DNA from: an uncultured virus (IMG/VR IMGVR_UViG_3300038520_001826)
Taxonomy: Duplodnaviria > Heunggongvirae > Uroviricota > Caudoviricetes
DNA: 20,000 nt
Strand: one strand, 5' to 3'
Virus record (IMG/VR): IMGVR_UViG_3300038520_001826
This document shows positions 15,693-20,000 of the stretch, one piece after another (the stretch's first letter is position 1; every line of letters begins with the position of its first letter). A program made the position numbers and the translations under genes. The notes under the pieces are model-generated. The model was not told where the DNA came from and made no database searches. It worked only from the letters and a program-made list of their open reading frames with translations.

Positions 15693-16143
15693 TTAATTCC
15701 CTCATGTGTTGAATTTGTGAAGGCCAATAACCGTTTGTTGATTGAGATGGATGCATTTCCCACCAATACAGATGTCCCGCAGTAAGGGATGAATGGTTCT
15801 TCTCTTTAGCATTTTCCTCTGCTCCGATTACTAAATCTTCTATTGCTCCTTCAATCCAAAGTTTAAGAAAGCCTATGAAATCTCTTGACACTGACATATC
15901 TGTATATTCTTTAACCATCGCCCTTAGTGATATTTTTCCAGATACATTGAACTTAGGTAATGATTTAACTTCGGGAACGATAAATTCTCCTTCTTCGTTA
16001 AAGTAAGGAACTCTTTCGACTTTCATCTTTCTTGGTCGTCCTTTAGGATTAACCATATCCTTTAGATGAGCCATCCCATCTTCAATCTTCATAACCATAT
16101 ATGTATTGCCTTCAATCAAAGTTAGTTTTCCCTTTTCAATCAT
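15682..16143 (-). CDS. Histone-fold protein with N-terminal beta domain and AT-hook
   Basis: PKGRPRK AT-hook. C-terminal SLRAMVKEYTDMSVSRDFIGFLKLWIEGAIEDLVIGAEENAKEKNHSSLTAGHL aligns by eye with the archaeal histone fold. Confidence 0.65.
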   Translation of the reverse strand: MIEKGKLTLIEGNTYMVMKIEDGMAHLKDMVNPKGRPRKMKVERVPYFNEEGEFIVPEVKSLPKFNVSGKISLRAMVKEYTDMSVSRDFIGFLKLWIEGAIEDLVIGAEENAKEKNHSSLTAGHLYWWEMHPSQSTNGYWPSQIQHMRELNDE

Positions 16144-16507
16144 TTTGAACACCTTGCTTCAATACAGACTTAATTACTTCTAAATCGGCTTCCTGTTCTA
16201 TTACCTTTAGAGCAAGATTGAAAACTTCCATAAGTCGTTTGTTTTCTTTTTGAAGAGTTTGGTCAGACTTTATTTTTACCTTTAGATACTTCATCATCTT
16301 TTTACCTAAATCGGGTTTAGTTGCATTAGGAGTATGTTCTAATCTAAGAATCAAAAGATGGTCATGAAGACTATTCAATCTTTCCTTAATATGTTTCAAT
16401 TTATGATATTCAGTTTTGATAAAAGAACCTACTTGGGTTTCTGTCATTGCTGAAATCTTAAAACATCTACCGTTGCTATCACTAATATATTTGTTACTGT
16501 ATGTCAT
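16136..16507 (-). CDS. Hypothetical protein
   Basis: 123-aa ORF with an ATGA overlap with the ligase stop. Confidence 0.65.
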   Translation of the reverse strand: MTYSNKYISDSNGRCFKISAMTETQVGSFIKTEYHKLKHIKERLNSLHDHLLILRLEHTPNATKPDLGKKMMKYLKVKIKSDQTLQKENKRLMEVFNLALKVIEQEADLEVIKSVLKQGVQND

Positions 16508-18024
16508 GCTAATTCCTCCATTCTTTTCATTGTGTCTATATCGCTTACAAACTTATCCTCTCTAATTCTTTGGCATCTAGGGAATCTGAGAGAAAGATTA
16601 CCCTTTGCGTCTTTGCTGACTAAATCAGCCCTAATTTCTAAAACTACTCTAGGTAAGAAATGATATGTTCCATCCTTAAATGATTCAACATTCTTTCTTA
16701 GAGTATTTGTTAATGTAATTAATTGAACATCTGTGAAACCACTTCCACACCATCCAACAGAAGTAAAACCATTATCTGATTTTACTGCAATTTCAAATGT
16801 AGCAAATACATTTGAGTTCTTTCCATCACCATACTTTGCTGAAATAATAACTACATCTAAATCAATTAGAGGCGGCTTATACTTAGCCCAGTATTTTGAC
16901 CTTTTACCAGACTCATAAGGTGCATCTGCATCTTTTACAATAATACCTTCAAACCCTTCATTAATTGCTTTATTATAGAAAGCCATTACATCAGTTGTTG
17001 AACGCTCGGCTTGGTCTGGTAATTTATTCATTTCAATCAATCTTTGAGAATAAGGCAAATTCATTATTGTTACGCCATCATACATTAGACAATCGAAGAT
17101 GACCCACTTTACAGGACACTTAGAGATTGCATCTGCTTTATCCTTAGAATGCACTCTTGTTCCTAATTTGGAATGTGGTGCGGGTGAACCGCCCTCAAGT
17201 ATAGGATAGATTTCACCATCCAAAATAAGTTCATCAACCTCATAGTTTCTAACCACTTCTGCTACATCAGTAAATTGTTCTGTAACAATTTTGCCTTTTC
17301 TATTAAAGATAATAACGCTATTCTTATTCTTATGAATTTGATAACGATTACCGTCATACTTGAAATCAACAATCTTGTTGTTAGGCCATTGTTTCATAGG
17401 CAGGGGTTTAGCCAACATAGGTTTGATAAAACTACCATGAGTTAAATTCATTGGTGGTTCTTCATTCATCTCATAATATGAAATAACATCACTAAGAGTA
17501 TTGAAGTTACAATGCTTCTTTACCTCTGATATTTTCTTCCCATAATGCTTTGCTAGAACTTTTTGAAGAGTTGAAGTTTGAATACCATTACGACTAGTTC
17601 TTAGCCAGTAGCGGATAAACCATTTTACTTCAATATCAGACATATTGTATATGTGTTCTTGAATTAAGTCAAACGAATTAGATACAATATTAGAACAATC
17701 AAGTTCTAAAAGAGTCTTGAAGGTTTTGATTGTATAAGTATTTTCTTTGTTTGAAGAATCTACCCAATACATTGCTTCTCCTAAATCTCCATAGGTATCA
17801 TATTCTGTTTGAATTTCAGATTCAAATACATCATAAACCTTAGCCATCCACTTCTTAGCCTTAGCCAAACCAATATTGTTTGATACTAAGTCTTGAGAAA
17901 GAATACTAAACAATGTTTGCTTGTCTTCAAAATTCTCCATTTCCCTTGAAAGGAATGTTACCGCTTGAGTTGGAGTCATAAACTCGCTCGCTTCCAGTAG
18001 TCTTGCTAATTGTTTCATTGTCAT
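16504..18024 (-). CDS. lig: ATP-dependent DNA ligase
   Basis: IKPMLA, motif I KYDGNR, LDGE, FDCL, EGIIVK, KYKP and LRFPR. N-terminal DNA-binding domain (YGDLGE). Confidence 0.96.
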   Translation of the reverse strand: MTMKQLARLLEASEFMTPTQAVTFLSREMENFEDKQTLFSILSQDLVSNNIGLAKAKKWMAKVYDVFESEIQTEYDTYGDLGEAMYWVDSSNKENTYTIKTFKTLLELDCSNIVSNSFDLIQEHIYNMSDIEVKWFIRYWLRTSRNGIQTSTLQKVLAKHYGKKISEVKKHCNFNTLSDVISYYEMNEEPPMNLTHGSFIKPMLAKPLPMKQWPNNKIVDFKYDGNRYQIHKNKNSVIIFNRKGKIVTEQFTDVAEVVRNYEVDELILDGEIYPILEGGSPAPHSKLGTRVHSKDKADAISKCPVKWVIFDCLMYDGVTIMNLPYSQRLIEMNKLPDQAERSTTDVMAFYNKAINEGFEGIIVKDADAPYESGKRSKYWAKYKPPLIDLDVVIISAKYGDGKNSNVFATFEIAVKSDNGFTSVGWCGSGFTDVQLITLTNTLRKNVESFKDGTYHFLPRVVLEIRADLVSKDAKGNLSLRFPRCQRIREDKFVSDIDTMKRMEELA

Positions 18025-18154
18025 CTATCATCACTTCCTTATTCTTATTTACTTCTTTTATCAATTGTTTGAGTAATTGACTAACTCTTCCTTCGTGTTT
18101 TTCTGAATATTCCCACATAGCATTTGCTAAGTATATCCAATCATTCTTCTTCAT
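17927..18154 (-). CDS. Small hypothetical protein
   Basis: MKKNDWIYLANAMW..., with GGAGA SD. The tail overlaps the ligase 5' end. Confidence 0.55.
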   Translation of the reverse strand: MKKNDWIYLANAMWEYSEKHEGRVSQLLKQLIKEVNKNKEVMIDDNETISKTTGSERVYDSNSSGNIPFKGNGEF

Positions 18155-18485
18155 TAGAATCAATCTCCTGTAATAGTCTTAGGAAATTAGTCATCATCAT
18201 AGAGACAACTTCTGCTTCATGTTGCTTATCTTTTTCAAGGAGTCTATGCATTACATGAATTAGAGTTGCTTGCGTTATTGCAGGTGCTAATTTTGCTAAT
18301 GAACCATTTAGTTGTATTTCCCAATAACAAATAAATGATGCTCTTGCAAAATAGTTTGCATATCGTATCTCTTGGGCATTCATATTAAAACTGTCAAGAA
18401 ATACTCCATCTAGTTTCTTTCGCTTTTCTTTGCACCATGATGCAAACTTTTTATCATTGTTTGCAATTAAGTATAGTTTATTCAT
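18141..18485 (-). CDS. Hypothetical protein
   Basis: Start MNKLY preceded by the GGTGATACT SD (18486-18494). Confidence 0.65.
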   Translation of the reverse strand: MNKLYLIANNDKKFASWCKEKRKKLDGVFLDSFNMNAQEIRYANYFARASFICYWEIQLNGSLAKLAPAITQATLIHVMHRLLEKDKQHEAEVVSMMMTNFLRLLQEIDSNEEE

Positions 18486-18489
18486 AGTA

Positions 18490-18774
18490 TCACCTATTAT
18501 ATGGCCATCCTTCCAAACCACGACAAAGTTGCATAATCATTCTTCGATATTCTAGACTATTTTCTGGATATTCCTTTTGCATTTCTAAAATCATTTTTAC
18601 TGCCTTTTCGATTTCTTCAGGGACATTATTACCGCTATCGAACCATTCTCTAATCTTATTAAATCTTTCTTGATAGTATTCACTAAAGAATTGTTTTTTA
18701 TGCTTTTCCCATTTTTCTAAAACTTCTGGAAAATGTGCTTTTAGCCATTTTAGTAATTCTCTCTCTGTATTCAT
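18490..18774 (-). CDS. Hypothetical protein
   Basis: 94-aa ORF with an ATGA overlap with the upstream gene. Confidence 0.65.
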   Translation of the reverse strand: MNTERELLKWLKAHFPEVLEKWEKHKKQFFSEYYQERFNKIREWFDSGNNVPEEIEKAVKMILEMQKEYPENSLEYRRMIMQLCRGLEGWPYNR

Positions 18775-19079
18775 TCTTCTTCATCTCCATAGACTTGCCT
18801 TTCAATATCCAAAAGTAAATCATAAACTACCTTCTGTAATTTAGCATATGAATTTTCAATATGTTGCGGAGTTACCCTACAACCTCTTCCACTATTTGCA
18901 GGTTTATCCATTGTCCTTTCAACAATCATAGCAAATAAATCAATGAGGTTTCCAGAATATCTTCTGAATCTACCATATGACCCATGAGCATATTGCCTAT
19001 CAGGATTTGCCTTTCTTAGTGCGTTTTTTGCTTGCACTTCACTTATTCTAGTTTTTGCCCAATATGTCTTTCTCTTCAT
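18771..19079 (-). CDS. Putative divergent histone-fold protein
   Basis: RISEVQAKNALRKANPDRQY (a1-L1), long a2 (YGRFRRYSGNLIDLFAMIVERTM) and RVTPQHIENSY (L2-a3, cf. H2A RIIPRHL). Confidence 0.5.
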   Translation of the reverse strand: MKRKTYWAKTRISEVQAKNALRKANPDRQYAHGSYGRFRRYSGNLIDLFAMIVERTMDKPANSGRGCRVTPQHIENSYAKLQKVVYDLLLDIERQVYGDEEE

Positions 19080-19284
19080 TAAACTCTCTCCTTAATATTT
19101 CGTATAGTATTTTTGCTTCTTCGGCATTCAAACGAATGCCTTTCCTTGATGGCTTATCATTATTAAACCATCTAATATCCAGAACATCTACATTCCAGTA
19201 TGTTCCTCTTTTAATCAAAACTTCATTGTTAGAATCTCTAACGATTCTACCAATTAAATTAAATTCATCTGTCAATTCATCCAC
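19048..19284 (-). CDS. PC4/Sub1-family ssDNA-binding protein
   Basis: EVLIKRGTYWNVDVLDIRWF...KPSRKGIRL matches the PC4 DIR...P..KGI.L signature. Confidence 0.8.
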   Translation of the reverse strand: MDELTDEFNLIGRIVRDSNNEVLIKRGTYWNVDVLDIRWFNNDKPSRKGIRLNAEEAKILYEILRREFNEEKDILGKN

Positions 19285-19676
19285 CCCTGTTTAAACTTTT
19301 CAAGTTCCTTTGCAGAAGTAAAGTATCTTGGAGTATCTAAATCATCTAAACGATTTACAACCCAACACGCACCACCCAATGATGAAATCTGAACAATTTC
19401 ATATTGACCATCATTAATCTCTAATACTTCCTTAGTTCCTATTTCTGGAACAAGTCCATACTTAAGAGTTAATTCATTTGCAACTGTATGCATATTTTCA
19501 AAAACATATTTGATAATATGCGCTCTTTGAATTGGTATCTTGGGTGCAACATCAATCTTTAATGAACCTGTCATATTACAGACAACGCATTTATTTCCTT
19601 TACAAATAGGACATTTTATTTTTGCTTTGTGTGGGGCTGGAAGCGTAACTGTAACTGCGGTTTTTTTATCGGCCAT
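19272..19676 (-). CDS. Hypothetical protein with DnaJ-type CxxCxG zinc finger
   Basis: CPICKGNKCVVCNMTG. Start MADKK follows a GAGGGA SD. Confidence 0.65.
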   Translation of the reverse strand: MADKKTAVTVTLPAPHKAKIKCPICKGNKCVVCNMTGSLKIDVAPKIPIQRAHIIKYVFENMHTVANELTLKYGLVPEIGTKEVLEINDGQYEIVQISSLGGACWVVNRLDDLDTPRYFTSAKELEKFKQGWMN

Positions 19677-19677
19677 G

Positions 19678-19791
19678 TCATCCCTCTCTCCTTTCAACGC
19701 TCATCGCTCCATCTTTATTTTTCTTTAGGATAGTAATGCTACCATCTTCATAAACTATCGTCATTCTTACTATTGTTTTATCATCAAACAT
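19678..19791 (-). CDS. Small hypothetical protein (37 aa, not in ORF track)
   Basis: MFDDKTIVRMTIVYEDGSITILKKNKDGAMSVERREG, with GGTGAT SD at 19795-19800. Confidence 0.55.
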   Translation of the reverse strand: MFDDKTIVRMTIVYEDGSITILKKNKDGAMSVERREG

Positions 19792-19795
19792 ATTA

Positions 19796-19876
19796 TCACC
19801 TAAACATACTTACCAAGACAATACTACCCAATAAAGAAATAAAAGTAAGTAGGACTATTTTTTCTACCTTTCTCAA
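19796..19876 (-). CDS. Possible 26-aa single-TM peptide
   Basis: TTG start after GGAGG. Translates as MRKVEKIVLLTFISLLGSIVLVSMFR. Confidence 0.35.
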   Translation of the reverse strand: MRKVEKIVLLTFISLLGSIVLVSMFR

Positions 19877-19878
19877 TT

Positions 19879-20000
19879 TTATTCCTCCAGTAATACTGCT
19901 GAATCTGTTGAAAGAAACAGTTTAGCAATTGATACTGCCGCATTGAAACTATTCTTTACCACAATTACAGGGTCGATAACTCCTGCTTCTTTAAGATTAA
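19879..20000 (-). CDS. Chaperonin (Cpn60/GroEL-TCP1 family), C-terminal end only
   Basis: Hand-translated NLKEAGVIDPVIVVKNSFNAAVSIAKLFLSTDSAVLLEE*, cf. the GroEL consensus GIIDPTKV..ALQNAASVA.L.LTTE. Confidence 0.85.
   Translation of the reverse strand, partial: NLKEAGVIDPVIVVKNSFNAAVSIAKLFLSTDSAVLLEE

Noticed and set aside
740..19728. All plus-strand ORFs in the track (e.g. 3112-3501, 14967-15398)
   Set aside because: They are antisense shadows of well-supported minus-strand genes, with no motifs.

Overview
AT-rich, gene-dense window in which every credible gene lies on the minus strand, with abutting or overlapping start/stop codons and GGTGA(T)/GGAGG Shine-Dalgarno motifs. It encodes an almost complete archaeal-type replisome: a split family-B DNA polymerase, a PCNA-like clamp, RFC small and RFC large-like clamp loader subunits, an RPA-like SSB, a PriS-PriL fusion primase, an MCM-related helicase and an ATP-dependent ligase. 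It also encodes ERCC4, Cas4-like and DEDD nucleases, a Sak4/RadA-like ATPase, and the 3' end of a chaperonin. This content fits the replication module of an archaeal tailed virus, most like the magroviruses of Marine Group II Euryarchaeota (inferred from gene content, not from a search). The most notable observations are: (1) polB is cleanly split just before motif C, with four small ORFs inserted; (2) the polymerase has apparently coordinated non-canonical active-site motifs (DFAGLYPS, KRLMASFYG, YGHTDS, KNRN); (3) there are two divergent histone-fold proteins, one fused to an AT-hook, and the other sits next to a PC4-like gene; (4) a probably inactive LAGLIDADG protein and two nuclease-less endonuclease-like relics flank the RFC genes; (5) a 175-bp intergenic segment looks structured.
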